Of a DNA stretch of 64,000 nucleotides, positions 62,483-64,000 are shown one piece after another; within the stretch, counting starts at the first letter, position 1; the number at the start of each line of letters is the position of its first letter. Both the position numbers and the translations under genes were made by a program. The notes under the pieces were generated by a model, which worked only from the letters and a program-made list of their open reading frames with translations, did not search any database and was not told where the DNA came from. This stretch comes from Octopus sinensis (taxonomy: Eukaryota). The DNA lies in assembly GCF_006345805.1 (NCBI RefSeq), contig NC_042997.1, positions 95,790,001-95,854,000 on the forward strand. The letters run 5' to 3'.

Positions 62483-63645
62483 TACTAGCATTAAAGACCC
62501 GTCGTTGCAGGGTCATAGTGCTAGTGCATGTATATATGTGTATATATATGTGTACATATTACAATGTACATCTATATATATACACATAAAATACAAAATA
62601 CAAAGTTATATCTTGATATCGCTAGTGATATACTCAAAATATATAACAGACTTGATTTGTTAGCCCGTCTCTTGTAATTTCGATCAATTGTATATTGACC
62701 TCCCTCTTGTATAGAAGTGTGGCTACAATCCAGCCTACCTCTACTTCGGGGGAGGGGGAGGCATCTTTAATTTTTTCCGGGACGTCCTACGTCCCAGATA
62801 TAAAGGTAAAAGTAAAATATTTCCACTTTGCAAGTTCGAGTCGAGTACTCCCTTGCACGTTCCGTTGACTCGATCCTTGCTTCTATTGTGGCGAATTTAC
62901 CGCCTCTGATTAGATATCTTTCATAGTCGCACCAAGACACTTTTCGAAGGTGCTTCCCTCCATGTGTTCAAATCTTTTTTCTCTACATTGTATACTTTGT
63001 AGACAATAGTCTTTTCTTTAATTTAATTTTTTATTATCCATCTGGACTATTCCATTTCTGCACGCTAATTTTATTTTTAATTTATTCCCATTCATGTGAA
63101 ACCACTTATTCAAGTTCATATCACTGATGCAATTTTATACCAGTTGCTATTTTTACTTTTGTTATGTTATGATTATATTATACTTTAGTCTGATTTTAAT
63201 TATTACTTACTACATATAATTCAATTGTCATTATTATTTTTATTGTTAAAGTGAAAGTATCTGACATAAAATAGAGAAATGATTTGTTTCACTTTCAACA
63301 CGTAATACTGAAATAGTGAAGATATAATATTGCTATGGGCTCGCTCAAGGCAAGAAGTTGAACTTTTTTTTGCCCATGAAACTACATGGACCCTAAGTAA
63401 AGCATGTGTAAAATTTGAATGAAATTGGTTGTGTAGTTCTCAAGTTTCAGGGAATCGTAATGGAGAAGATATGATATTGCTGTGGGCTCGCCCAAGGCAA
63501 AAAGTTAAGAATTTTTTTGTAGTTGACACTCCCCGGACGCTAAGTAAGGCATGTGTAAAATTTGAATGAAATTGGTTGTGTAGTTCTAGGGAAACACACA
63601 GACAGAAAGACAGACACACATTCTCAGTTTTATATATATATAGAT
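62483..63645 (+). mobile_element. Helitron-like non-autonomous element (Lep1/HINE-like); continuity of the middle is uncertain
   Basis: TACTAGCA start with GACCC..GGGTC hairpin; internal ~120-bp direct repeat (63320-63440 / 63468-63587); end ACAGACACACATTCTCAGTTTTATATATATATAGAT. Confidence 0.5.
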
Positions 63646-64000
63646 ATAAGTTATTTTTACTTTATAAATTTTTAATTGTTATCATTCATATCATTTGTAA
63701 ATTTTGTCATTCGTACTATAATTTTTATTCGAAAATATTTATTCGTCATTGCTTCCATTTTTATTCGAATATATTTTTTTTTTGCCATTCCTTTCATTTT
63801 ATATCATCACAAGTATATATCTTTACCCTTATATATTATTAATTTTATCTTTATAGACATAAGTTACGTAAGAACATAGTTTTTGCAAATTGTTATTTTC
63901 ATTCGTATTTTTTATTTTCATCTTTATTACTATTTTATTTTTGTATTTTTTTTATTTTTGTAATTTTATATTTGAATTAAATGATGGCTTGTACAGTAGG

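Overview
Eukaryotic, repeat-dense genomic DNA, most consistent with a coleoid cephalopod (octopus-type tRNA-derived SINEs and very dense microsatellites; the species call is inference). One host gene is supported: a 3-exon, ~1034-aa secreted protein (exons 27072-27299, 43772-44036, 45600-48211, + strand, splice phases compatible) with nine 4-cysteine chitin-binding type-2-like modules and Thr/Pro-rich linkers. The rest is mobile DNA: a 5'-truncated Neptune-type Penelope-like element (PLE), two Tx1-group LINEs stacked in one (GATA)n tract, a stack of R4/Dong LINE fragments in (TAA)n tracts, CR1-like and RTE-like remnants, pogo and Tc1/mariner remnants and MITEs, Helitron-like non-autonomous elements and many SINEs. 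The most unusual signal is a set of at least seven minimal type-I hammerhead-ribozyme folds, found by eye, in at least four unrelated repeat families. The core 3-8 pair occurs in three versions (C3-G8, U3-A8, G3-C8), helix III is a different self-complementary palindrome in different families (ACGU, ACAUGU, AAUAUU), and one hammerhead sits behind a tRNA-derived Pol III head. None of these folds has been tested computationally or experimentally here, and most repeat boundaries are approximate.
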